Origin: Vulcanisaeta sp. AZ3
GTDB taxonomy: Archaea > Thermoproteota > Thermoprotei > Thermoproteales > Thermocladiaceae
Reading direction: 5' to 3'
NCBI GenBank assembly: GCA_000960865.2
Contig: JZWU02000002.1
Span: forward strand, 1-32,000
DNA length: 32,000 nucleotides
In this document: piece by piece, positions 8,612-15,448 of the stretch
Numbering within the stretch: the first letter of the stretch is position 1
How the letters are laid out: each line of letters begins with the position of its first letter
Program-made: the position numbers and the translations under genes
Notes under the pieces: generated by a model
Databases searched by the model: none
Told to the model about the DNA's origin: nothing
Seen by the model: the letters and a program-made list of their open reading frames with translations, nothing else

Positions 8612-9418
8612 ATGAGTAGGGTAATAACACTACTCACAGACTTCGGTTATGAATCATACTTCGTACCATCAATGAAAGGCGTAATACTAAGCCTAAACCC
8701 AAACGCCACAATAATCGACATAACCCACGCAATACCACCCTACAACATAATAAAAGCAGCATTCACCCTATGGGCCTCGTATAAATACTTCCCAAGAGGC
8801 ACAATACACGTAGTAGTCGTAGACCCAGGCGTAGGCACCACAAGAAGAGCCATAACCATAAAAACAAGGAATTACTACTTCATAGGCCCAGACAACGGAG
8901 TCCTCATGATGGCAGCCGAAGACGACGGAATAGAAGAAATAAGAACCATTGAGGAGAAAGCCTTCATGAGGCCCGCAATTTCTAGTACATTCCATGGACG
9001 CGACATATTCGCACCAACAGCCGCATACCTAAGCCTCGGACTAGACCCATCACAACTAGGCCCCAGAATCACCGACCCAATAAGGCTACCCACACAAACA
9101 AACACCATAACCAAAGGACACGCAAAAACCCACATAATCTACATCGATCACTTCGGAAACACATACACAAACATAAAAACCAACGACCTACAAACACTAA
9201 ACCTCAACTACGGAGACACAATAAGCATAAACATCCCCAAGAAAAACATCGAAATCAAGGCCAAGTTCCTGAGAAGCTACGGATACGCAAACGAAGGCGA
9301 AACCCTAACCCTCATAAACAGCGAAGGATTCTTAGAACTATCAATCAATAAAGGCAACTTCGCAGGTAAATACGGCGTAGAGGAAGGCGACGAAGTAGAG
9401 CTCACAGTAATTAAGTAA
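8612..9418 (+). CDS. S-adenosyl-L-methionine hydroxide adenosyltransferase family protein (DUF62, chlorinase/fluorinase-like fold)
   Basis: VITLLTDFGYESYFVPSMKGVILSLNP...IIDITHAIPPYNI...GTIHVVVVDPGVGTTRRAI...DNGVL...FHGRDIFAP is the family signature. I prefer ATG 8612, which is preceded by GGAGCAGG, over track start 8564, which overlaps the MBL gene. Confidence 0.8.
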   Translation: MSRVITLLTDFGYESYFVPSMKGVILSLNPNATIIDITHAIPPYNIIKAAFTLWASYKYFPRGTIHVVVVDPGVGTTRRAITIKTRNYYFIGPDNGVLMMAAEDDGIEEIRTIEEKAFMRPAISSTFHGRDIFAPTAAYLSLGLDPSQLGPRITDPIRLPTQTNTITKGHAKTHIIYIDHFGNTYTNIKTNDLQTLNLNYGDTISINIPKKNIEIKAKFLRSYGYANEGETLTLINSEGFLELSINKGNFAGKYGVEEGDEVELTVIK

Positions 9419-9962
9419 CAACACCATGCGAAACCAACTCAAGCAACTCCCTAAAATTCCTAACCAAAATTGCATCATCAACAAAATACTGCCTAGGCAC
9501 CCTACCATTAACCACATTCACATTCTCCATCATAAGCAAACTCATCTTAACACGAACACCACCAATCGAATAACCACCCAACGAACCATCATTCCTAACA
9601 ACCCTATGACAAGGCACAATAACAGGCAACCTATTAGCACCAGCCAACCTACCCACAGCCCTAGGACTAGTATTCAACAACTTAGCAATCTGCGAATAAG
9701 CAGCAACCCTACCCTTAGGAATCGACAACATAGCCAACTGAATAAGACCAAGAAGCCCAGAACCCAACTCCACATACCTAACCAACTCCTGAGGCCCCAA
9801 CAAACCATCCAAATACCTCATTACCAAATCTATGAACTCATCACGAACATCAATACGCACACCATCAACACCAACCCTCAACCTAACCAACTGAATCCTA
9901 CCATCACTAGCACAAACCTCAAGCACACCAATCCCCCTAACCGGCAAAGCAACACAACGCAT
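9411..9962 (-). CDS. ogt: methylated-DNA--protein-cysteine methyltransferase
   Basis: Active-site motif IVPCHRVV, preceded by YSQIAKLLNTSPRAVGRLAGANRLPV. I prefer ATG 9962 over TTG 9980. The 3' end overlaps the convergent DUF62 gene by 8 nt. Confidence 0.85.
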   Translation of the reverse strand: MRCVALPVRGIGVLEVCASDGRIQLVRLRVGVDGVRIDVRDEFIDLVMRYLDGLLGPQELVRYVELGSGLLGLIQLAMLSIPKGRVAAYSQIAKLLNTSPRAVGRLAGANRLPVIVPCHRVVRNDGSLGGYSIGGVRVKMSLLMMENVNVVNGRVPRQYFVDDAILVRNFRELLELVSHGVVT

Positions 9963-10014
9963 CCACAGTACTTTTAGCAAAAAGCCCTTAAAAACCCTGA
10001 CCCGTTATTTAACT

Positions 10015-10296
10015 GTGATCGTTAAGGTTAAGCTCGTAGGAGTCCTCAAGGCATTAGCACTAGGCAAGGACCAACTAGAATTCAACAACATCAACAACAT
10101 TAGAGACATAATCAACAACTTAAGGACAATAAATGATAAATTATTCAAGAGAGTCCTCGACACCACAAGAGGCGAATTAATGCCAGACATCTACATAGCC
10201 ATCAACGACACAGACATAAGACTACTCAAAGGCCTAGACACACCAGTCAAAGACGGCGATGAGGTTTTAATACTAGCCTACATACACGGCGGATAA
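10015..10296 (+). CDS. MoaD/ThiS-family ubiquitin-fold protein with C-terminal diglycine
   Basis: 93 aa with a GTG start. The pattern KV(K)L...L...G.....E......VRDLI..L.........L...G.L.P.I.I.(V)N...I..L.GL.T.VKDGDEV.I.. ends in ...YIHGG followed by the stop codon. Confidence 0.7.
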   Translation: MIVKVKLVGVLKALALGKDQLEFNNINNIRDIINNLRTINDKLFKRVLDTTRGELMPDIYIAINDTDIRLLKGLDTPVKDGDEVLILAYIHGG

Positions 10297-10818
10297 ATGA
10301 ACAAAACAATCAAACTAACCAGCGACATCGGAGAACTAAAGATTTGGCTAGCAACCACAATACTAAACAAAGCACTAGACGAAGAAACCCTAAACAAAAT
10401 CAAAAACGCAACACAGAACTGCGAGGAAACACTAGTAACCATAGCACCAGCAAACAAAATCCTCAACGCATGGCACATGATATACCCAACATACCTAAGC
10501 CTAAGAGACCACATAAGAGGCACCACTAAATACAAAGACCCAAGCCTAGGCGCACTAGCATACATGGCAGGAACAACACAACTAAGAAAAGCACTAAACA
10601 CACTAAACCCCATAGGGCATAGAGAAATCACCATAATAATAATGGGCACCAAAGACTGCACAACAAACACCATCAAAGACGTACTAAACATCATAAAAGA
10701 AATCACCACAGACATAATACTAGGCGCCGGCGCATACAAAAAATACGAAGGAAACTACAAAACAATCGAAGAATACACAAACAAACTAATCAACGAATAC
10801 ATCAACACATACACATAA
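10297..10818 (+). CDS. hypothetical protein, possible Cgi121 (KEOPS subunit)
   Basis: The ATG immediately follows the TAA of the MoaD-like gene. The segment ANKILNAWHMIYPTYLSLRDHIRGTTKYKDPSLGALAYMAGTTQLRKALNTLNP parallels the Cgi121 core (..H...A...A.....k.ks...E.L...sG..QI..Ai...G). This comes from by-eye similarity only. Confidence 0.4.
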   Translation: MNKTIKLTSDIGELKIWLATTILNKALDEETLNKIKNATQNCEETLVTIAPANKILNAWHMIYPTYLSLRDHIRGTTKYKDPSLGALAYMAGTTQLRKALNTLNPIGHREITIIIMGTKDCTTNTIKDVLNIIKEITTDIILGAGAYKKYEGNYKTIEEYTNKLINEYINTYT

Positions 10819-10822
10819 CAAG

Positions 10823-10912
10823 CGGGCCCGGTGGGATTTGAACCCACGACCTACGGCTCTCTTCAAGGCACTTACCGGAGGCCGCCGCTCCACCAAGCTG
10901 AGCTACGGGCCC
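10823..10912 (-). tRNA. tRNA-Arg (anticodon CCG) with a 16-nt intron at the canonical 37/38 position (intron 10859-10874)
   Basis: The reverse complement folds as a cloverleaf. The acceptor stem is GGGCCCG/CGGGCCC, the D arm is GCTC-AGCTTGGTG-GAGC, and the anticodon stem is GCGGC/GCCGT with loop CT-CCG-G[TAAGTGCCTTGAAGAG]A. The variable region is AGGTC, the T arm is GTGGG-TTCAAAT-CCCAC, and the discriminator is G. CCA is not encoded. Confidence 0.9.
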
Positions 10913-10932
10913 AAACAAAATAAGTCATCCCC

Positions 10933-10939
10933 ATTTAAT
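10933..10939 (-). promoter_or_regulatory. TATA-like box for tRNA-Arg
   Basis: ATTAAAT on the minus strand, about 24 nt upstream of tRNA position 1. Confidence 0.35.
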
Positions 10940-10960
10940 CTATTTTTCTCCCCCACCTAA

Positions 10961-11854
10961 TCACACAAAATGACCCATCGCAATACCAACACCATACAAC
11001 AAACAAAAGAGCGTATAAAACCTACCAGTCCTCGCATCAATATCCGACACACCCAACCTAAAACTCCTAACAAGCCCAGGAACCAACACCACTGTTACTA
11101 AAGCTAACAAGGAGGTCACAGGCAACACACCAACCAAGGAAAGCACCACCGTAATCACAAGCGCCAAGACCAATGAAGAAACATAAATCACAAAACCAAA
11201 CCTACCCGTCAACATGGCAAGCGTTGTAATACCAGCCCTCCTATCATACTCCCTATCCCTATAATTATTAGAATAAATAATAGCCAACATCACAAGCATC
11301 GGCGGTATCGAAACCAGGAAAACACTAGGCACCAAAACACCCAAAGAAGCCACAACAAAAAACCCACCAATCAACAAGGGACCCCACGTCAACGCAACAA
11401 CAACCTCACCCAAAGCCCTATACTTCAAAACAAAAGGAGGCCCAGTATAGGCATAGACAAGAAACACACCAATCAAACCAAACACCAAAACCCACAAACC
11501 AACCACAAAAACCAAATACAAACCCAACAAAACACCACCAACCAACGCCACAAAACCAACAAACACAGCAGTCCTAAGCCCAACAACACCACTCAATATA
11601 GGATGCCTCCTATAAACAGCCGTAGGGGAACCAGGCGTATCAACCCCATGCCTAAAATCAAAATAATCATTAAGAACATTAACACTAACATGAAGCAACA
11701 ACACGCCTATAAGGGCAATCAAGGCATACAAAACACCAACACCACGCAACAAACCAAGAAAATAAGCATAACCAACACCAACCACAAAAACAGCCACCGT
11801 CATAAACAAACTCCAAGCCCTAACCAAACCCAAAAACTCGGAAATCCTCATCAC
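10961..11854 (-). CDS. UbiA-family prenyltransferase, MenA-like
   Basis: Multi-pass membrane protein with NVLNDYFDFRHGVD (NDxxDxxxGxD) and a second Asp-rich motif YSNNYRDREYDRRAGITTLA. Confidence 0.75.
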   Translation of the reverse strand: MMRISEFLGLVRAWSLFMTVAVFVVGVGYAYFLGLLRGVGVLYALIALIGVLLLHVSVNVLNDYFDFRHGVDTPGSPTAVYRRHPILSGVVGLRTAVFVGFVALVGGVLLGLYLVFVVGLWVLVFGLIGVFLVYAYTGPPFVLKYRALGEVVVALTWGPLLIGGFFVVASLGVLVPSVFLVSIPPMLVMLAIIYSNNYRDREYDRRAGITTLAMLTGRFGFVIYVSSLVLALVITVVLSLVGVLPVTSLLALVTVVLVPGLVRSFRLGVSDIDARTGRFYTLFCLLYGVGIAMGHFV

Positions 11855-11911
11855 AAAAACAATTAATCAAACATATTTAAACATAAATCAATGAATTCAG
11901 TTAAAATAAAA

Positions 11912-12604
11912 CTACAACGGAAGCAGCACCATAATAAGCTCAAGCCAAACAACATGAGTTATTATAGACGCCACCAAACCAACCCTATCCGCAAGTAAAC
12001 CATCAACCAAACCCACAACAAAAGCACCAGCCACCAAGGCAGGATTAAAAGTCAACACATGAACCAACGTATAATAAACCATAGAAACAACCCAAGGCTC
12101 CCTACCCAAAACACCCCCAACCAACCCCTGCAACCCACCCCTCCAATAAACCTCCTCCATAAACCCAATAAGAACAAGAACCACAGCCAACACATACCTA
12201 CCAGCCATGCCCCTCACCATAGCATAAACAAGAACCACATAACGCGACAAACCTAAATACGTAAGAAAAGCATAACCACCAATAAAAATAACATACATAA
12301 TAAAAGCAAAAACAACACCAATCAACACAACCAACAACCTACCAAACCTAAACCAACGAAGATAACCAGGAAACCAAACAAGCGTCAACAAACCAAGCAA
12401 CAACGTAGACAACGCCATACCATAAACAAAATACCTACTAAACACATCAAAAGACAAAGGCCAAAGCAACACCGGCAACACAACATACACAACCCTCCTA
12501 ACATCACCAAACATAAACAACCACAAAACCCAAACAAACACCACATAAATAAACCTACCGCAACAAACCAAAACACCAAAAAGAGAAAAACAAACCAAAA
12601 ACAC
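11912..12604 (-). CDS. CPBP-family intramembrane glutamic endopeptidase (CAAX protease-like)
   Basis: Polytopic membrane protein with motif 1 FMEEVYWRG (EExxxR) and downstream YYTLVHV and ITHVVWLE His motifs. The start is either GTG 12604 or ATG 12514. Confidence 0.65.
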   Translation of the reverse strand: MFLVCFSLFGVLVCCGRFIYVVFVWVLWLFMFGDVRRVVYVVLPVLLWPLSFDVFSRYFVYGMALSTLLLGLLTLVWFPGYLRWFRFGRLLVVLIGVVFAFIMYVIFIGGYAFLTYLGLSRYVVLVYAMVRGMAGRYVLAVVLVLIGFMEEVYWRGGLQGLVGGVLGREPWVVSMVYYTLVHVLTFNPALVAGAFVVGLVDGLLADRVGLVASIITHVVWLELIMVLLPL

Positions 12605-12711
12605 TATCGCAACTAATACACCAACTCATGATTCTACGCCAACAAAAAGAGTTCTTAAGAGATAGAAAGAAATCACCAAACCCTCAATAACACTTATTAA
12701 GAAGCTGAAAG

Positions 12712-12720
12712 TAATAAAAA
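12712..12720 (+). promoter_or_regulatory. TATA-like box for the pilin-like gene
   Basis: TAATAAAAA centred about 25 nt upstream of ATG 12741. Confidence 0.3.
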
Positions 12721-12740
12721 CGATGACCAAAATAAATAGA

Positions 12741-13277
12741 ATGAACAAAAGAGGTATCTCAAACGTAGTAGCCACAATAATACTCATCGCAGTAGCAATA
12801 GCACTAGCAGTAGCAGTAGCCGTCTGGGTCTTCGGACTAGCAGGAAGCGCAGCAAAAACAGCAACACTAACAATACAAGCCACCAGCCTCACCAACGTTT
12901 CCTCAGACAAGTCGGCTAATATTACATTCGTTGTTAGTAATCCATCTAGCTCAGGGGTAGGCATTAATGGTTTTACTCTCGGTAGCTTAACATGTACCTT
13001 TAGCCCACCAATCCAGGTCAGCGCAGGTACTCAAGGTGAGACAATAACATTTACACTAACCATTAGTCATAATGGTAATTTTACTGGTATTTCTGCAATC
13101 ATTGTTGGTAATACTCCAATTTACAGTAGTAAAGCGTCATCATCATCATCATCATCATCAACAACAACTCCTACATGTACTGGGATTCAGTCTGCAGCAG
13201 TTGGTGTTCAGTATAGTGGTTATTTAACTACTGCGACTGGCCAGACGTATCCGTTTACTGTGACTGCTAGTTCATAA
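12741..13277 (+). CDS. archaeal type IV pilin-like protein (class III signal peptide)
   Basis: MNKRG|ISNVVATIILIAVAIALAVAVAVWVFG is a classic prepilin-peptidase (PibD-type) signal followed by a hydrophobic helix. The C-terminal domain is Ser/Thr/Gly-rich and includes an S8-T3 linker. ATG 12741 gives the usual short leader; the track start is 12723. Confidence 0.75.
   Translation: MNKRGISNVVATIILIAVAIALAVAVAVWVFGLAGSAAKTATLTIQATSLTNVSSDKSANITFVVSNPSSSGVGINGFTLGSLTCTFSPPIQVSAGTQGETITFTLTISHNGNFTGISAIIVGNTPIYSSKASSSSSSSSTTTPTCTGIQSAAVGVQYSGYLTTATGQTYPFTVTASS
13137..13169 (+). repeat. trinucleotide microsatellite (TCA)8 followed by ACA ACA ACT
   Basis: Read directly from the sequence. It encodes the SSSSSSSSTTT linker of the pilin-like protein. 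Confidence 0.95.
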
Positions 13278-14315
13278 GTGTTTAGTTTTAATTGGTTTTA
13301 AATCAAAATTGTTTTGTTTTCCATGGTTCTTTTTGAACCATGGGGTTTCTACTTCGTCTAGTCTCCATCTTTGTTTTGTAACTGCCTCCGTGGGGTTTAT
13401 GGTTATGCCTTCTTTGTAGGCCAGGAGTCCTGTTAGGGCTATCATTGCTCCGTTGTCTCCTGCGTATTCTGGTGGTACTACGCTTATTTTTGTGTTGAAT
13501 TCATTGGCTATGTATTGCATGATTTCTCTTAGCCTCTTGCTTCTGGCTACTCCTCCTGCTATTAGTAGTTCTTTCTTTCCCGTGAGGGCTAGTCCTCTTT
13601 CTGTTACTTCGGCTAGCATTGCGTAGGTTGTTTCGATTAGGCTTAGGCAGACATTGGGTAGGGGTTCTCCTTTTTTGATTAGTCTTAGGGCTTCTTCTAT
13701 TATTCCTGAGAAGGATACGTCTTGGCCTTTTACTGTGTAGGGTAGTGGTATGTATTTTGTGCCTTTGGTTGCGCATTCTTCTATGTGTGGTACGCCTGGG
13801 TTTGGTAGTCCGACTTGTCTTGCGAATTGGTCTAGGGCGTTTCCTATGGCCATGTCTATTGTTTCTCCGAAGATTGCGTAGGTTCTTCCTGAGTGGGCTA
13901 TGACCATTGTGTGTCCGCCTGAGACGAGGAGTACTAGTGGGTCTTCGAAGCTTGATGCCCATCTGGCTATTTCTACGTGGGCTACCCCGTGGTGTACTGG
14001 TATGAGGGGTTTGTCGAACTTTATGGCGAGGGCTCTTGCTAGGGTTGCTCCTACTCTTAGTGTTGGTCCTAGTCCTGGTCCCATGGAGAAGGCTATTGCG
14101 TCTATGTCGTTAATGGTTAGGTTGGCTTTTCTCAGGGCTTCCCTGAGTACTCTTGGTCCTACTGTGACGTGGTGATCCGCGGCTATTCTTGGGTGTATTC
14201 CTATACCTTGTGGTGGTGTGTATGTGTCGTTAATATTCACGAGTATACCATCCTCATTGGCTATTCCCACGCCGAAGGTGTGTGCTGTGGATTCTATTCC
14301 GAGGATTAGCGTCAT
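13272..14315 (-). CDS. kae1: tRNA N6-adenosine threonylcarbamoyltransferase Kae1 (KEOPS catalytic subunit)
   Basis: ILGIESTAHTFGVGI..., HH..VHVE metal-binding region (PVHHGVAHVEIA), LLVSGGHT, and GGVARSKRLREI...PPEYAGDNGAMIA. It is not fused to Bud32. Confidence 0.9.
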   Translation of the reverse strand: MTLILGIESTAHTFGVGIANEDGILVNINDTYTPPQGIGIHPRIAADHHVTVGPRVLREALRKANLTINDIDAIAFSMGPGLGPTLRVGATLARALAIKFDKPLIPVHHGVAHVEIARWASSFEDPLVLLVSGGHTMVIAHSGRTYAIFGETIDMAIGNALDQFARQVGLPNPGVPHIEECATKGTKYIPLPYTVKGQDVSFSGIIEEALRLIKKGEPLPNVCLSLIETTYAMLAEVTERGLALTGKKELLIAGGVARSKRLREIMQYIANEFNTKISVVPPEYAGDNGAMIALTGLLAYKEGITINPTEAVTKQRWRLDEVETPWFKKNHGKQNNFDLKPIKTKHL

Positions 14316-14683
14316 TAATAAACACCCTCGTAGATTGTCTCTACCGCGTCTTCTAGTTCTTCGTCGTTTAGGCTTCCGTATTTATTAATTACGTAGTCAA
14401 TCGTTGAGTTTATTCTGTCTTTTAGCCAGCCGCAGTCTGGCTCGTAGTCGTTGTTCATGAGTATTATGAGGTTTTCTATTCTTTTTGTTGTGTTGTTACT
14501 CTCCATTTTTTCTATTAGGTCTAGGAATGTGGGGCTTGTTATTACTAAGTCTACCTTATCCCAGTCGAAGGCCTCGAACCCCCCGAGCCTATCTACTAGG
14601 AATGTTAGTCTGGCTAGCCTATCAATGCTCGTCCTGCCAATCCTCTTTAGAATGCTTATTACGATGCATTCTGTTAAGTCCAT
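14315..14683 (-). CDS. hypothetical protein (122 aa), translationally coupled to kae1
   Basis: Its TAA overlaps the kae1 ATG by 1 nt (TAATG). The composition is globular and acidic, and the N-terminal ILKRIGRTSIDRLARLTFLVD is helix-rich. No family recognised. Confidence 0.5.
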   Translation of the reverse strand: MDLTECIVISILKRIGRTSIDRLARLTFLVDRLGGFEAFDWDKVDLVITSPTFLDLIEKMESNNTTKRIENLIILMNNDYEPDCGWLKDRINSTIDYVINKYGSLNDEELEDAVETIYEGVY

Positions 14684-14729
14684 TGTTAAATGGCTTGGTT
14701 TGGCTTAATTAATAACTTTGGGTTTAATG

Positions 14730-14737
14730 TTTAAAAG
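14730..14737 (+). promoter_or_regulatory. TATA box for the isochorismatase-family gene
   Basis: TTTAAAAG centred about 28 nt upstream of ATG 14762. Confidence 0.4.
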
Positions 14738-14761
14738 GGGGATTTGTTGGGGTTTGGTTGT

Positions 14762-15328
14762 ATGGTTAGTCCTGATGTTCTTAGGGATGTTTTGAGGCCT
14801 GGTAATTCTGTTTTGGTTGTTTGGGATGTGCATAAGGCGTTATTCAATGGCATATTCAATAAGGATGAATTCCAAAGAGCCCTAAACACGGCTATAAGTG
14901 CTGCTCGGCGTGCCAACGTGCCGATAATCTTCACGAAGATAACCCCATACCCAAGCGGCTTCGAACCTGTTAATACGAAGATCATGCCGTGGAGAGGCGG
15001 TTTTAGGCCTGAGGATATGGAGCTTATTGTTCAGCCTCAACCTAATGACATTGTTATTAATAAGAATACTTGGTCCTTATTCGTGGGGACTAATGTTGAG
15101 CTTTTACTCCGCAATTCAGGTAGATATACTGTGGTTTTGACGGGCATTGCTACGGAGATTGGTGTTGAGACTACGGCTAGGCATGCCTACGCTCTGGGCT
15201 TCATACCAGTCATCATTAGTGACGCAGTCTCTTCGTACAATAGGGAGGCGCATGAGAGGTCTTTAACCAATATGAGAGCGTTCTTCCCAGTAATAACCGC
15301 TGAGGAATTATCAAAATACTGGTCGTGA
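14762..15328 (+). CDS. isochorismatase-family cysteine hydrolase (nicotinamidase-like)
   Basis: VLVVWDVHK..., PIIFTKI, KNTWSLFVGTNVELLLRNSG..TVVLTGIATEIGVETTARHAYALGF (catalytic Cys replaced or shifted, as in the I-A-T-E-I-G-V context). I prefer ATG 14762 over TTG 14744. Confidence 0.75.
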   Translation: MVSPDVLRDVLRPGNSVLVVWDVHKALFNGIFNKDEFQRALNTAISAARRANVPIIFTKITPYPSGFEPVNTKIMPWRGGFRPEDMELIVQPQPNDIVINKNTWSLFVGTNVELLLRNSGRYTVVLTGIATEIGVETTARHAYALGFIPVIISDAVSSYNREAHERSLTNMRAFFPVITAEELSKYWS

Positions 15329-15448
15329 GTTACTGCAGAGGTTACGCTCTACTTAAAATCATTAATTCCCTTTCCCCACCCTTAAGGGAGTTATATTTGA
15401 AGTGTGTATGTCGAAGGATTTTACAAGCTTATGGTGTTGTGGTTGTGT

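Noticed and set aside
9426-9977. 183-aa + strand ORF (NTNTTNRITTQRT...-type sequence)
   Set aside because: It is antisense to ogt, which has the PCHRV active site. Its N/T/Q/P/H-rich low-complexity sequence arises from the T-poor strand lacking stop codons.
10278-10739. 153-aa minus-strand ORF antisense to the Cgi121-like gene
   Set aside because: It is hydrophobic, low-complexity and nearly uncharged. The + strand ORF has a recognisable core motif and abuts the MoaD-like gene exactly.
10823-10912. tRNA-Arg as the attachment site of an integrated element
   Set aside because: There is no integrase gene nearby. On visual scan I could not find a direct repeat of the tRNA 3' half elsewhere in the window, and the flanking genes are ordinary housekeeping genes. 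This was not an exhaustive search.
12626-12964. 112-aa minus-strand ORF antisense to the pilin 5' end
   Set aside because: It mirrors the Ala/Val/Ile-rich pilin helix. The + strand frame has the canonical class III signal peptide and a suitably placed TATA box.
13137-13169. Repeat tracts ((TCA)8 here, and the GA-rich tract at 5663-5746) as CRISPR-like arrays
   Set aside because: They are simple microsatellite or low-complexity sequence lying in coding frames, with no repeat-spacer periodicity.
13501-14175. ORFs 13501..13962 (-) and 13900..14175 (+) inside kae1
   Set aside because: These are out-of-frame or antisense readings of a gene with unambiguous Kae1 motifs. The 153-aa product is an R/K/T/P/N-rich artefact.
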